63,788 nucleotides of DNA, filler included, from Pseudogymnoascus verrucosus (GCA_001662655.1; 5 parts of 5 records of this genome joined end to end with filler, not necessarily neighbours in it); one strand, 5' to 3'; counted from the whole stretch's first letter, positions 26,016-40,406 are shown. Notes: generated from the sequence alone by a model not told the origin. A program made the numbers and translations.

Positions 26016-27341
26016 GGTCTCGACATCAGCTGACTGTGTGTGTAGGAGCTTGGGCTTTGGTTGATTTGATCCTGGTTATACTTTCACCCTTTTAAGTTAC
26101 GGTACATGCTCCGATTCCCAGGGAATAGTTCCGACGGTATGGCCGGGCTTTCCTCCTCCGGGGTGACAATGTGACAATGCACTGTTCCCAATCTGTTCAT
26201 AGTCCCAGCAGCATGTGCTTGTTCCCCACGGGGGAGTATCCCAAGTGCCGGCGGTCGGTCGCAAGATATGCAGAGGGGTAAACCAGCTGTTAACGTCACT
26301 ATTCTGAATGTGGCTGTTTGTTGAGGAGCGATGACATTTCATCTGAACCTATGGGATGATAGGCTCCAGCGAAAGATGGGGGTTCGATTACTGATGGGTT
26401 TCTTCATGAATACCCGATGGTGTTCCCAGTGATCCCAATCTGGTCAGTAACTCGCACAGGATCAATTTCTGCTACGTCCGTATGTCTTTCCCACCCGCTT
26501 TTGCCAGTCAGGTCAGACACGCATGTGTTACTTGCATAGGAGAGCAATCAGCGCATGAATCCGCCCATTCTCGTCTCTCCTCTTATCACAATCACAATCA
26601 CAAGGCAGAAGCATAGCATCCCTTCGCCGGTTAAGCATCTTCCAGGAGTGAGCGCACCTATAGAGTTGCTTATATACTCGAGGATAGAGTACAGATACCC
26701 GGTCGTGCTTGTGCTTGTGCTTGTGCAGTGCAGTACAGTACAACTACTCGTACCACAGACCGGAGTAGACTCTTCGAATATAGTGGTGCACAAGCATTTC
26801 CGTAGGGTTTGTTACACGCCATTTGCTCACCAGTAAACGACGCCAGGACGCCAGGAAGAGAGTCGTTTCACAGCCACATGCCGTATCCAGCAGCAAATTA
26901 CATAACCGGCTCCAGTAAAACCTCACAGCACGGATGAAAAGAAAGCCTGAGCCGTTGATCCAGTACGGTATGTGGCCGCAGGTGTGAACCCGTCTGATCC
27001 AGCGTATCCAGCGAATCCAGCGTATACCTGCGCCCCTCCCCCCAGTTCATCATCCCTGCCTTGGCTTGCTTGGTCTGCTTGGACGGGAACACGGAACCGG
27101 GGTATCCATCGATCCGGATAAATTCTAAAGGATTTTCGCCCCTGGCACGTGAAAAGTCCTCCCCCAATCCCCTCCAATGCGCCCTAATTCGCCCCTAAAC
27201 CTCCCTAACTTCCCCCTAACTCTCCCTAACTCCCCCTAACTCCCTCCAATTCGATTCCGATCTACGCTGTCACGGTGCAAGGCGGCGTGGAGTCGTGGGT
27301 CTTCTGATCAGAAAGATCCAGCGTTTTACATATTACAGCAC

Positions 27342-27441
27342 NNNNNNNNNNNNNNNNNNNNNNNNNNNNNNNNNNNNNNNNNNNNTTAATTAATTAANNN
27401 NNNNNNNNNNNNNNNNNNNNNNNNNNNNNNNNNNNNNNNNN
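27342..27441. other. Artificial scaffold-joining spacer
   Basis: N44-TTAATTAATTAA-N44. Confidence 0.95.
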
Positions 27442-28118
27442 CCCCCCCCGCCCCCCCCCCCCGCCCCCCCCCCCCCCGGGCCCGTCCGCCATCGATCCTT
27501 CCTACGGGCCAAAACAAAATGCTCACATAGCACCGCATACCGGATTTTCCGCCGCTCCAAAGAAAAATATATATGTCTCGTTTGTGTGTGCCAATCCCCA
27601 AAAGCAATCCCTCTAGCCTCCTCGAAGCTTTTTTCACCCGGTCTTGTTGTTGTGAGGATTTATATAGCCCTTCAACTTTCCCTCCCCCCCCCCTCTTCTC
27701 CCTAGCTTTCTTTATAAAGGAAATCTTCCTTCAAGCCTAACCAACCAACCCTATCAAACCATGAAGTAATGCGAGTAAACAAAACGAAGAATGCAAAAAA
27801 AACCCAAAGTGCAGAAACGTAAAAATGAAAAACGACGACGACTCGTTGCATCTGCCAGGAAATGAAACGCTCAAGAACGGGTATTCAAAAACGTCAAATG
27901 CTGAAGAAAAGACGGGGCTAAGAGCGATGTGTGATGTGTGTGGGAGTTAAAAAATGGGGCGTTGTAGTCTGTATAAAATGCGGATCGGGACGTGGTCGTA
28001 GTGCAGGTAACGGCAAATAGGCACTGTGAAAGTGACGGGTAAGAATAATGTCCGAAGCCTCTACGGCTTGGCACAGTGCCTGTAGTCGCAACTGGCCTTA
28101 ACAGAAACCGACCAGCGC

Positions 28119-30329
28119 TCAAGAGGAGTCCAAAGCCGAGCCAGGCATATACATTGGCGACATAGGCTGAATCGGCAGCAGCATCTCCCGCCCACCGCCA
28201 AGACCTCGCTGGTCAGCAGCACTCAGTGAGCTCCCCCCATTCGTCGTCCCCGACGCCGGCGCCTCTCTCGCATACTGGTATCCAGGCCTCTCATTCTCCG
28301 CCGGCGCAGCAGTAGCCGTCGACGTCTTCGCAGGCTGCTCCTGGCTCTGAGCAGGTCTCTGCTGATTCCCGCGGTTGAGGCTAGATGGGTTACTGCTATC
28401 GGAGGACGACACATTCCTATCATCAATAGCTATACTTGTTCTCCCATCATCAACAACTTTCGTGCCATTCGCCTCCTCGCGCCATCTCGCTTCCTTCTCC
28501 AACCACACCGCTTCGGTGTTACACCCCTTCCAGCAGTCGCGCCATTTGACGACGAGGAAGCGGAAGCAGTAGGCGTCCATTCTCATGCAGGGCAGGAAGC
28601 AGACTGTGAGGTTTTGATAGTTCATCTTGTTTGCCTCTCGGTGCTCGAGGACGAGGCTGAGGTGGCAGGTGATGGCGAAGAGGAGGTAGTAGTTGTAAGG
28701 CGGTAGGTTGGATAGTTCGTCGATGAGAACTTGTGGCACGTCTTCGCAGTTGGGCGATTCTTTGGAGACCCGCTCTTGGGCGTCCTTGGGGAAGAGCTCG
28801 TCGGGTAACTCGCGGAGCCAGGATTTGAGCATGGAGCCGACGATGTTGATATCGTACAAATCTGTTTGCGCAAATAGGTCCACATCAAGGTCTAGTGATA
28901 TTAGCTATTGTCTCTTGCAACATTGAATGAATGGCGCCTTACCTTCGTCAAATTTCCGCTGCCATTTCCGAATCTGCGGTCCACTACCAGGCACTCTGTA
29001 CAGCCCCTCCGCATCCGTACCTCTATAGTTCAAATAATCAATAGCCCTCCAAGGAAACGACGGCATCCAGAACTCCGTCTTATCCCTCGACGTCTCCAAC
29101 TGCTTCGATATGCGCGAAACCCTCGTCTGCTCTATCAGCGGCAGATTCAGCACCTTCAACACATAATGCTCATCATCAATCGGCCCTTCCTTCTCATTCG
29201 TGCTACCACTGCGTGCCGATTTGCCGAAGAAATTCCTGCCAAACGACGACGCGGCCTTCGTCCCGGCGCCCTTGAGGCTGTTCATCAGCGACGTGCCGCC
29301 GTTGTCCCGCGACATTGATATAGAGGGCGTGCCGCGGTGGGTGTCCTTTGGCTCCCGTCTCACCTCCGGTCTTTGTGCGGGAGGTTGGCGGTCCGCAGAG
29401 CGATTGCGCGAGTTGGAGTTCTTGATCAGCTCTCTGAAGGTTCGGTCGTTGTCGGCACGGAGAGGGGCTGTGCGTAGTCCTTCCAGTACTTGTTGACGGT
29501 CTTGGTCGTTCGGCGACAGTGTTGATGATTCTCCTGGGCTCATTGGTTCTGAGTCATTTCGTATCGAGCTTGTTCTTCGTAGTAGGTTGAAGCCTTTGGG
29601 CTTGGGTCGTCTGCTAGCAGAGTTGTGATTTGTTTGGGCACCGGCGCCTACAGTATCGACCGGGGTCGAGTCGGCGTACGTATTTAGTTGTGGTTCTGAT
29701 CGGGAAGGGGTAGCGACGGGTCGACGTGTGGTGGATCTGTCGTCTCTAGGTTCTGTGTGAAGCAAAAAACGTAAGCATGATAATTGGGAATTAGAAACGA
29801 AAGATGAGATCATACTATTATTGGGTGCGTCCGAGCTTGCGACAGCCCCTGGGCCGCCTTGGTGGACACTGTCCTTAGATATCGTCCTATCCCTTGTTGC
29901 GGGCCTCTTGGCCTCGGCTTGCTGCAGGCGGTTCGACGACTTGGACGCCTTCATGTTTGCGAAGAAGCCCGTCCTCTGCGGCGATGTCGACGGGGTGTAC
30001 GCGCGTTGTCCCTCTGGTATTGTTGATCCGTCGGGGGCGGCCTGCTGCTGGTTGTTCCCCAACGAATCCAGGTGTGGGGAGGAGGGAATACGAGCTGATT
30101 GCGGAAATTGATGTTGCTGCTGCTCGGGAGCTTGCATCTCTAATAAGTTTTCGGGATTATCTGCTGCAAGGCTGGGTTTCTTACTGAAGCGGAACGAGCG
30201 CGGCGTTCCTGGCGACTTGACGCTGTGGGCCGATTGGGGAGGTTCGTTGATCGCGCTGGCGCTGGCGCTGCTGCCGTCATTGCTCGACGCCGTAGAGGTG
30301 AAAACGAGCGGAGTCGGTTTCCGAACCAT
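28119..30329 (-). CDS. Rho GTPase-activating protein with C-terminal RhoGAP domain
   Basis: EGLYRVPGS arginine finger, SMLKSWLRELP, NKMNYQNL; long disordered N-terminus; introns near 28891-28943 and 29755-29815. Confidence 0.9.
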
Positions 30330-31871
30330 GGTCCCTGTTTAATGGGCTCAGGAGATGGCCGATCCGATTCGCACTGTTGCCGCAGCGTGCTGCAGCCAAC
30401 CTTGACCCAAAGACCAGGCGCGTGAGTCGTGTCAAGGTCGGTCGGTCGTGGGCGGGCGCGGGTTGTGTTCACCGCTGTGGAATTGGGGGAACTCGCCAAA
30501 GACGGCAACTATGGGGTTGCGACCTTGAGTGTTTGCGTAGGTAGACACTTTCTTTCTTTTTGTTCACGAATTATGAATTTCCTTGGATCACGAAAATAAT
30601 ACACCAAGAATCTTTTGATAAGACACAAAAGAGTACTCGTGCATTCCAAACGGGCAGTGTCCCGAAACAAAACGTGGAGGCGTATCACAGTGCTCTTCGT
30701 TAAGATGGACCGTGGGCTGAACGTGTACGGGGGTGAAGTATCCTTGTGAGAGGGGGCGGAGGACAAGGGATCGTCCTACTTAAATGACTTAGACGCCGTT
30801 TGCGCAAAACAGGGAAGGGGTTATGTAGTAGGTGTAGGATTGTCGTAGTTATCGTGAGTAGTGAGGAACAGCCAGCAAAAAGAAGCCCGATGCAGGGTGA
30901 GTATGTATGAGTATGGATGGTGCTGTATGAGTATGTGTGGTGCTGTATGGTGCTGTCTGAGATGATGCAGTCTGCGTCCGCATGCTGGTTGTTGTCGCGG
31001 CGATAGTGTGGTTTTGCGAGGCTGAGTCCCCCTCGAGCCCTTGTCGCTGGCGCTGGCGCTGGAGATATGGAGCAATACAGTAGGTACAGTACTGTAGTAG
31101 TGGACAGCCTGCCCAATTGAAGGCTACAGTATTCTCCGACTTGACTTGCTTTGTTGTTGACAACAATACCGAACTGCAGTATGCGTGTATGCGTGCGTAC
31201 TATAAGGAAGGTAAAAGAAAGTGCTGATTCAACCCCCCTGAAGCCGCAGAATAATAAATAAATTGCCCTATCTCTTAAAACAAAGCCCCAAAACCCCCAT
31301 CATCTACAGCCTTTCCAATACCATACCCCCTTTTTCTCAGAATCAAATCACCAAGGTACCCATATATAGTGACGATATAGTACGATTATAGTGTACGCTC
31401 ATACGTAACAAAAGAAGCACGAGTAATGCAAGCAGCGGGCGGGTAGGTACTGGCTTTGCTTTTTGGTCCCCTGGGCTGCTTGATGGGCTGACCCTTGACA
31501 CGCAAGCTGGAATTGGGATTGGGGGGGAAGGCTTGGCTACTTTGCGTTTGACGCGCCATTAACTCGAGCCAGTAGTCAGGAACCGCCCATACTTCTGAAA
31601 CGACCCCACTGTTCGGCCCGCCTATTGGCTTGCTCGTGGGTTTACTACGATGGTCACGTGAATGATAATGCAGCTTCGACGATTATTGTGGAGTGGAGTG
31701 TGGAGTAGAGTAGAGCGAGGAGGGGAGTACATGCAGTTCTCATAATACCTCGGCGACAAGTAAAGTTCAGACAAGACATTTGATAGTAGTTCCAAAGGGG
31801 TATAATAAACCATCCACACCATCTCCATCTCCACCTCCCATCTATCATACAGCATATTAAACAAACCCCTC

Positions 31872-34800
31872 CTACAGCTGCTCAATCCCCTTCACCAACG
31901 CATCCAGCTCCCCCTCCCCAATCCCCCCTCCCACCACCCGTCCCAACAACCCCGCCAACCCCCCCACAAGCTTCCTCCTATTCTCCTCCTCCATCCTCCT
32001 ACTCTTCTCCTTCGCCACCTCCAAAACCCCCTTCGGTATCCGCGCCAGCCGCGCAACATTAAGCCCATAACTCCTATGCGCCACGCCCTCGCCAATCTGG
32101 AATAGGAACGTGATATCCTCATCCCCGACCCTGCCCTGTTCCGTAAATTTCATATGCACATTCCTCAGCTCCCCAGCCCCGAAGGCGCGCGCTACGCCTG
32201 CAAGAGTCTGGTAATGCGTGATGAAGAGAGTCAGGCACTTCAGGTCGCGGACGACATAGTCTAACACAGCCTGGGCAATCGCCACACCATCATGCGTACT
32301 GGTGCCTCTTCCGAGCTCATCCAATATAACCAACGACCTAGGAGTAGCCTGCTTGAGAATATCAGCCGTCTCAGACAACTCCACCATAAACGTACTCTCC
32401 CCCGCCAACATATTATCAAAAGCTCCCATGCGCGTGAACACCGCATCCAGCATCCCGAGCCGCGCCGACTCGGCAGGGACGTACGACCCTATCTGCGCCA
32501 TGATGCATATCAGCGCCACGTGTCTGACGTACGAGGATTTCCCGCCCATATTGGGGCCGGTGATGAGGAGTGCACGGGTTCCGTCGGCTGATAAGGATGT
32601 ATCGTTCGGAACGTAGGAGTCGAGGAGGAGTTGCTCGGCCATTGGGTGACGCCCGCCTACCACGGCGATTTCTGTGTCACCAGTATACTCGGGCTTCACG
32701 TAGCCTGGTTGGGAGGCCACGGTTGCTAGTGAGAGTAGGCAGTCGAGAGTTGCGAGGGACGCGACACAATCACGGAAAGCTTGGTAATGGGCTGCGATAT
32801 CAGAAAGCAGATTTGAGAAGGCAGCATCGCATGCTGCTGCAAGGGCTTCTTTATGCTGGTCTCGCTCCCGGATCATCTTGATGACCTCTGGTGTGTGAAA
32901 CCTGGAAAGCTTTTTCGTGCCACTAACTTTCACCCAAGATGCTGGAACGTGCTTCAGGTTTGTATTATCCACTTCAATGAGGAACTCGATACCGGCCGAG
33001 GTAACATAGCGTACGTTCGTTTTCTTGATTTTTGCTGCAGCAATGGGACGATGCTCATCGAGATCGTGCTCAACTGATGCAATGCCAAGTTTATGATCGC
33101 CAATGTCCTCCGTCTCTTCGCTTTCGAGGAAGAATGCGTATTTATCGTCATTGCGAGCAGCTTCGGCATTGATCTTCTCAAGGAAGTCCGTAATAGCGTC
33201 GCCTATGGTAGGTAATGCTGCCACAGCGTCATTTAACAGACTAGACTTGAATCCTGCATCTGCGGGTGATTTGACATGAGCAAATTCGTTTGAAATCCGC
33301 TGCATAGTTTGTAGCACTGTGAAAAGCTCCGGCCTCGTGCATTTTCCATAGTATATCCGAATTAGACTGCGCTCTAGATCCGATTTGACCTTCATAAGAA
33401 GCGACTTCAGCTTATCAACCTGAGCAGCTTGGTTGCCATCCTTCAGCTCCTCAACCGCAGCAACGCGCTCTTCGAGTCTTTCCTTGTCAATGAGCGGCCT
33501 GCCAACCCACTTGCGCAGAAGTCTTTTTCCAAACCTAGTTTGGGTTTTGTCCAAGGTCCAAAACAAGCTTCCCTTCTCCGCATGATCCGTTTGATTATGA
33601 TAGATTTCGAGGCTGGTAAGTGTATTGCCGTTCAGCAGCATATTCGACCTCGCGCCAAACGACTGGAAGTACTTCGTCAAGTCGAACACATGCTCGAGAC
33701 CGTATTCAGACATATGCTTTATCATCGAGGACAAGCAGATTGTGACGGACTCTGGGAGTTTCAAAACTTTGTCCAGTAGGTTTGTCGATCTTTCATCAGT
33801 AGAATTGCCGTGAGCTTTGATATTCCGAGCATAGAATTGGGCTACATGGGCGTAACTCTCAGCAGCAATCGTCTTCTCCTTTCCCACCCGCTCAATGCGA
33901 ATCTTGTCGCCAAAGACATTCGTGCTTGAGCTAGAGAGATGCTGCACGAGCTTCTCGGTAGCCTTTGTGAGTTCGCCGACGATAAGAAACTCGCAGGGAG
34001 AAATGTGCAACAGCCGGGTTTCAATTTCGCTGCGCATAAATCCATCCTCAAAGCTATCGTAGATAACGTCACCAGTCCCAGGTTGCACTGCCAATATGCC
34101 AACATCGACCTTTTCATCCGTACCCCAGCCTTTCGACTTAGCCTCCGTGATGCAGAGCAAGTATCCAGTTGCCGGAGCCCCGCCAGGCGTCCCAGCTGTA
34201 GCCTCACCCAATCCCTCAGTATCATCGATATATGTGCCTTTCGTATAGAGATTCGTAAGTTTCCTTACGAAAGGGGTATTGCGGTTGTCGCCTGCCTTCT
34301 TTAATGCTGCCGTTTCGATTTGCCTCACAACTCCAACCTTATGCCCAGCAGCAACAAGTCTCTTCGCGTGGACCGGGAGCCTGTGGACCGGGATACTCGC
34401 TGAGGCAAAGCGATCCAGATGTGCCTCTGAGTGGTGCTCATCGAACCTGTATTTCCCAGGGATGCACACAATACCCAGCTCTTTTGCAGCGACCCTGGCA
34501 TCCTCTCCAAAGAACTTGAATTTGTATCCCACCTCCACAATCAGTATCGCATCCAAATGCTTCCTCTTGATATCTAGAAATTGTATTTCCATAGGCGTGA
34601 GTTTGCTTTTGGCGCCTTTCCTTGCCCCTTTAGCTGGAGGGGGTGTTGGCTCTTCGTCCTCAGCAGCCTCGGCATCTTCATCGTCCAGCGCCGCGGTCTC
34701 TTCCGTAATTTGCCAGTTCCTCCTCTTAATATGTGCCATACTATCAGGGTGGCCCAGTTTCTTCACGAATTTATCATGAAGCCGCTGTTTCTGCCTCTGC

Positions 34801-35264
34801 ACTGCTTCTTCCTCCGGCTCTGCCGTTTCAAAAGCTTCCTGTGATTGCGTGCCATTGTATAGATATTTTTCAGTCCGGCCTGATAATGTCGGCTTATTTT
34901 CCAGTTGTCTTGGAGATTTGTTCGGTGCATTGCCCTCAAAGAAGCTGCTCTGAGTATCATTGTCACCGCTTTTTGTTCGTTTGGCCACCCGATCAGTTCC
35001 CACGTTCACTGCATCCGCATCCTCATCCAAGGGGCTCTTTCTTTTTGTGGCAGCCGATACAGCTCTTCGGGTTGGCGCTACAATGTCTTCGTCGCTATCT
35101 GCGTCACCCAGACCATTTGAGACAGCCGTCGTAGATGGAGTAGACTGAGTCGCCTGGTCAGGAGTCCCCTGTTTCTGGCTAAGCCCATTGACTGTCGACT
35201 TGGGTGTAAAGAAGCTGGCAATCGATCGTTGCTTTGCCGCTGCTTTCCCATTTGGTGGCGCCAT
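31872..35264 (-). CDS. MSH3: DNA mismatch repair protein MSH3
   Basis: PIP box [11 protein letters not shown]3-type [14 protein letters not shown], Walker [36 protein letters not shown]. Confidence 0.95.
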   Translation of the reverse strand: MAPPNGKAAAKQRSIASFFTPKSTVNGLSQKQGTPDQATQSTPSTTAVSNGLGDADSDEDIVAPTRRAVSAATKRKSPLDEDADAVNVGTDRVAKRTKSGDNDTQSSFFEGNAPNKSPRQLENKPTLSGRTEKYLYNGTQSQEAFETAEPEEEAVQRQKQRLHDKFVKKLGHPDSMAHIKRRNWQITEETAALDDEDAEAAEDEEPTPPPAKGARKGAKSKLTPMEIQFLDIKRKHLDAILIVEVGYKFKFFGEDARVAAKELGIVCIPGKYRFDEHHSEAHLDRFASASIPVHRLPVHAKRLVAAGHKVGVVRQIETAALKKAGDNRNTPFVRKLTNLYTKGTYIDDTEGLGEATAGTPGGAPATGYLLCITEAKSKGWGTDEKVDVGILAVQPGTGDVIYDSFEDGFMRSEIETRLLHISPCEFLIVGELTKATEKLVQHLSSSSTNVFGDKIRIERVGKEKTIAAESYAHVAQFYARNIKAHGNSTDERSTNLLDKVLKLPESVTICLSSMIKHMSEYGLEHVFDLTKYFQSFGARSNMLLNGNTLTSLEIYHNQTDHAEKGSLFWTLDKTQTRFGKRLLRKWVGRPLIDKERLEERVAAVEELKDGNQAAQVDKLKSLLMKVKSDLERSLIRIYYGKCTRPELFTVLQTMQRISNEFAHVKSPADAGFKSSLLNDAVAALPTIGDAITDFLEKINAEAARNDDKYAFFLESEETEDIGDHKLGIASVEHDLDEHRPIAAAKIKKTNVRYVTSAGIEFLIEVDNTNLKHVPASWVKVSGTKKLSRFHTPEVIKMIRERDQHKEALAAACDAAFSNLLSDIAAHYQAFRDCVASLATLDCLLSLATVASQPGYVKPEYTGDTEIAVVGGRHPMAEQLLLDSYVPNDTSLSADGTRALLITGPNMGGKSSYVRHVALICIMAQIGSYVPAESARLGMLDAVFTRMGAFDNMLAGESTFMVELSETADILKQATPRSLVILDELGRGTSTHDGVAIAQAVLDYVVRDLKCLTLFITHYQTLAGVARAFGAGELRNVHMKFTEQGRVGDEDITFLFQIGEGVAHRSYGLNVARLARIPKGVLEVAKEKSRRMEEENRRKLVGGLAGLLGRVVGGGIGEGELDALVKGIEQL

Positions 35265-35985
35265 TTTCCTGTCTTGTTGACACAAGGCGTGGAACAATGA
35301 TGTCGATGATGTTTCTGGGGTCGCGTTCAGTGGACGCGTTCCGCGTAAAGAGGCTACGGCAATACAGAAAGGCTATGTGCGCAACTCTGTGTTATTCAAT
35401 GATGACCTTCCACAATTACCTTGTCTACCTTCACAGTAACATCAATACTACACTTCTGTCGTCTTCGTATTCGAGTCTATTATCCATACTTAGGTAGTTG
35501 CCGACTTTCTATTTCTACCTCAAGATCAGGTAACTTACCTGTGCTAGTTGGAGGTATTTTGCTCCTCATCAATTACAGTTATCACAGTGGGTGGATGGGG
35601 AAAGGTTTAAAAGGCGTATGAGCCAGCCATACGTGATACAGAATTGCAATAGAAGAAGCTAGAGTCAAATATTTGAATGATAATAGCGATGTGTATTGTG
35701 TTAAAAATAACTAACTACCAATCGATTAGCGCCCACAGGAAAGCTCGATATCGAAAAAGAGCATTGTAAAGCTACATGAATGACGCTCTAAGCACTTTTA
35801 AGCAATATTGAACACGCCATCTTCGCACAAGCATAGCAGTCGATGTGGTGATCTTCAAACGGGTCTTAATGCTGTCAGCCCAAAGTGATACATAGAGTTT
35901 GCCAGCGATAAATCATCGGGGATGATGTAGTAGAGTTCCGTGTCTGCTATTGAAACGGGCAAAGCAACAGTATGACTCGAGTCGA

Positions 35986-37889
35986 TTACATTGCATATGA
36001 AAACCCCTTGTTGGTGTATTGATTCTGGCGTCTGGTAGAGTTGGATTCCCTAAAATGGCCGGGCGCCACGGCAGGCTTAAAGTCCCCATTGAAGCCAGAC
36101 TGTAGTTGCTTAGGATCTCCGTGGAATGCTGGAGGCTCGCCGAATCCGAATGAATACGAGTAGGGGTTGTAAATGAGAGGATTTGCTGTATGGTCGTGGA
36201 AAGCGTGCGGTGGGTAAACATTTCCAGGGGCACTAGCAGCACCGGATCTCCTGTTCAGATAATCAGGCTGCATGTTTTCTTTGCCTCCAAATCTCATGGC
36301 CAGCGGCGATTGAATTGCCCGTGGGGAAGTGTGCACAATCATGTTTGAAGACACATTCTCAAGCGGAAGGCTGTGAGAGAAATCAAATCTAATGCACGTT
36401 AATCATTGTGGCGTCTTTCACTTCGTAATTTGAACATTGGTGCTCATACCTGTGGTCCTCAAGTGGGCTTTCAGTCCGTCCTTTAAGGCCGTTAGCTTCA
36501 ACAGTGGATACTATTATAAGAGTCTTACCAGGGCTGTCCTCCACAGCATCTTTGAAGACACTCATTTGACGTTTCTTGCCCATATTTTCAACTGTTAGCC
36601 TGAATTCTTCATCCTCGTCGTTACTGCGAGTAAACAAGTTGCTGCTTGAATCTCCCAAGACATTCTGCTTTGGCACTTTTTGGTTCAGTTCTGTATCAGC
36701 AGTCACAGTTGGAACAACAGGCACAGCTGCAGCCTTTCGCTTTGCAGCAGGACGTTTTTGTTTGCCCCCCTTGGCGACATTTTTGGAATCAGAAATGTTG
36801 GGCTTGGGAATATCAGATGACGCCTTCGACTTTCGCGCACGACGCTTCTTTGGAGATGGCGCCTTCTCGATCTTTACCTACGTTTTGGTTAGTTCTCTCT
36901 TCATAGTAGTATCTCAAGGAGCCTATAACTTACGGGGCTACCTTCCACTGACGAATCGTATATGTCTCTAATCCTCTGGAGCTCCCCTTGGGTGTTATAA
37001 ATAATCTCGTTGGGTTCAACCTCACGGGATGTTGTTTGCATTTGTGCAAGGATGGATCCATCCTTTCTTTGATTGCGCATCCGCTTCATTTCAGCTGTGG
37101 CGGAATCAAAAAGATCCATACCAGGCCAGTAAACTCCTTTGAGTCTGCTGTTGTCGCTGTCTGCATCAACCTGCAACTCAACTCGCTTTACCTGAGCAGG
37201 CGAGCTTGGTATGTGTTAGTAATATCGAATCTTTGTATTGGAAAGGAGGGCCACAAACGCTCTGAAAAGGTTTTGGGTACCCGGGCTGTCATCCTGGGTA
37301 AAATTTGGGACGAATCGTTGCATTGTTGGAGTAGCATAAGCATCATTCGTGTCCCAACGGCTAGAAGGCACCGAATCGGATGGTGTGTCCAAGAGCGCCG
37401 GCGAGGTGGACCATAAATGTATGCGTGGAACGGGAGCTTTGTATGCGGGTGTAGCCATGAGTTGGCTGATTGACGAGTCCATGTCTTCAATCTTTCTCTC
37501 ATTTGTCTCGCTCTCACTTTTATTCTCTTTGATTAGCTGCACCAAACAATTAGCCCGGTCGCCCTGATAGCTTCTCAATTGCAGATATCAGTACGCACAG
37601 GTTTCTGGAAGCTTCTCATTCGCTTCACGGTATTTTTCTGCTCCTTGGTCACAAGGCGTTCCGCCAGTAACCCCTCAAGACTGTTGTCGGCATACCAAGC
37701 GTCGTATGCATCGAGTTGACTCCTGGCTTCGGGCTCCGCTTGACAGCGAATTTGTAGCTTGAACCTGCAGGAAAGGTGACCCTTCGACGATATGTGGGTA
37801 AGCAAGTGCGAGATATCGGAGAACTGGGGGTTCTTCGGGCAGAGGCTACAGTTCAGGGGAACTGTAGCATTTCCTGGTAGTTTAGACAT
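35986..37889 (-). CDS. Multi-exon uncharacterised protein with N-terminal C2H2-like zinc motif; ends approximate
   Basis: CSLCPKNPQFSDISHLLTHISSKGH and LKGVYWPGMDLFDSAT..MKRMRNQRKD blocks lie in successive minus-strand ORFs separated by intron-like segments. Confidence 0.65.
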
Positions 37890-38720
37890 ATTTTGTTCGC
37901 CTATAACTTGAATTATTAGCCTCTGAATAGCAGTTTAGTACCTGGCTCCAGTCGGAGTAGCATTTTTCTGTCCATAGCATCGAATATTTATGTTGTGAAG
38001 CTACCATTGCTCGATGGAGGCCTGTGGCTAAAACCATTGAAGAAAGGGATCAAGGTTGGATGTCCCGCTAGCCCAACAGGGGCCCGACTTTGATTGCCAA
38101 AAACAACCAAGCTGCTTCTATACCGATAAAGAGCGGGGGTACTCACGATAGTTATCAATTATAAGTTGTGTGCGAGTGCGGTGCTGATCAGGCCAACTAC
38201 TGCAGCAAATGAAGCCAGAGAGTCCTTGATTGTTGGTGAGCCTTCATGTATACACTGAAATGCTGACTGGCGGAAGGCAATGGATGATTTTGTGAAAGAA
38301 AGAGAAGGTGTGAAGGCGAAAGAAGCAGAGGATGTAATATGCTGCTCTCAGAAAGCTGATCACACGGAAGGAGCTGACTTGGGGAAGGTGCGTCTGACCT
38401 ACATGCGTTTTGGGACTATGACGGAACACATAGTCAAACTTGCAGACCAACGTAGAAGAACAGTTTATGAGAATACAAATGTTGTAAACTGAAGGTAGAA
38501 AACGGAATAAAGGCAATGAATGGAATAAATATACTTGAACCTGGATATAACCCGAAGTTAAGACCATTCGGTCACTCCGCATGTCCAGACCAAATACGAC
38601 GAATGGTAGATAAAGTGAGAAGGATACGTTGGAATGAAACGTCTTTTACTTCTCCGTGTACACTACTGGAGAGATAACATAATTCCACCAGACCATAACG
38701 CCATCCCCATTAAAACTCCA

Positions 38721-39879
38721 TCAAGATGTCTTCCTGCCCAGTATCTTGTCTGTCACCTTTTTTGGCATACAGCTGCAAATGTGTCAGTTAATGCGTCGAA
38801 TTTACATCAGGAGCCAACTTACTATATCGGATCAACTTCAGCCAAGCCAGGATATCCCAGCAAGCTCAATCCCGCAACTCCGAATACCGTATGGAAGACA
38901 TCCACCATATCTCCCGGTCTATCCGCCAAACCTCCTCGCTCTGAGTCCTGGCATTTCAAAATAAACGTTTCCAGCTTCTTTCCATCGATATAATTCAAGC
39001 TGCCAAGCATTGCCAAACTGCTCGCAACCCACCAACTGTAGCAGACATCTTCAAGCTTCTCTGGACGCCCATTGAGGCCTCCTCCCTCAGTCTGCCTCTC
39101 AGAGAGCCAGCCAGATAACTCAACCTTCTTTACAGTATCCAATTTGCCTGCTATCGAAAGTGCGCCAAGGCATGCAAAGATCTGACCGGAATGGGATTCT
39201 GCACCTGGACTGACTCCATATCCTCCATCGAAGTTTTGACAGTCCTTGATGTACCCGACAGCTTTGTCGACATCCGCGAGATGTAATAATCCAAGCAGAG
39301 AAAGCCCAATAAAGCCACAGCAGATAAATCTGGTATCGCACTCGCCCCATTCATCGCCGGCGAATGTTCCGCTCTCTTTGTTTTGTAGATTTGCAATCCA
39401 TTCGCCCAACTTTTGTTTGCCCGGACCCCTCTTATCCAGTTCGTCTAAAGCGTCGACAGTCGCCAGAATCTGTATGGCGCTGCAGGTGTATAGCATATGT
39501 GCATCATGTCGTGGAGCTGCTCCAAACCCACCATCCGGCTTTTGGCAAGAGAACACGAAGTCGATTGTTTCCGACCGTGGAAGAGCATCAGGTCGATTTA
39601 GAAGGTGAAGGGCAGTGAGACCCCAGTAGACTCCGTTGAGACGTAGGTGCTCAGTATAATGATATTCTAGCTCATCTTTGCGCTTCAGGAAGTAAGTTAC
39701 CGGCCGACACTTTTATGAAGGAGACATGAAATATATCGAGGAACATGGAGGAGATAGGAGAGCGAGCTTACGGTGTCCAGACTTTGGATGTATTTGACAT
39801 GGGCTTCAGCTGCGAGACTAAGTCCCTCGGGGAGTTGAGATGAGTCTCCGCCTCTGCCTGGACCAGAGACTAAAGACAT
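38721..39879 (-). CDS. BET2: Rab geranylgeranyltransferase (type II) beta subunit
   Basis: TEHLRLNGVYWGLTAL, GDEWGECDTRF, GRPEKLEDVCYSWW, DVFHTVFG; last exon YCMPKK...KTS stop. Confidence 0.93.
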
Positions 39880-40247
39880 TGCTCAAGTTATTTTCAAACA
39901 GATCAGAGAACGGGCTGAAGCGATATAAAGGTCGTTAAAAGAGATACCTAAATGTGAGCTGTGAGGCCGAGGCTGCAGCCGCGTCGCTAGCGCGGGGTAG
40001 AGAGCTCCACTTTTGGCCAATCACGGCACAGGTAGGCTACCCCCACGAACATCGGTGTGTATTCCGGCTGGTACTCGAGGCGTCGTTCCAGTATCAAAAT
40101 CGACCAAGAAGCCGTCCGGAGATGTGCCCTTGAAGACATTCAAGAGAGCATAATGTCGACTAGTTTCCTGACATAATCCTGAAAACTGCGTGTTGATATA
40201 TGTTCCGGCCCAACCACCAACTATTCTGGTTGGCCAACTGGCCGGCC

Positions 40248-40347
40248 NNNNNNNNNNNNNNNNNNNNNNNNNNNNNNNNNNNNNNNNNNNNTTAATTAAT
40301 TAANNNNNNNNNNNNNNNNNNNNNNNNNNNNNNNNNNNNNNNNNNNN
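40248..40347. other. Artificial scaffold-joining spacer
   Basis: N44-TTAATTAATTAA-N44. Confidence 0.95.
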
Positions 40348-40406
40348 AAGAGATTTAGAGAAGTGCTCATTGTTTAAGAAGCAGTAATATAAAAAAAAGA
40401 CAAAAA

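Noticed and set aside
26084..26520. Possible ncRNA or small gene in GC-balanced intergenic sequence
   Set aside because: No recognisable RNA motif or convincing ORF could be supported by eye.
2740..39879. HMG1 plus BET2 as an isoprenoid/prenylation or statin-resistance cluster
   Set aside because: They lie on different scaffolds, both are ordinary housekeeping genes, and no PKS is present.
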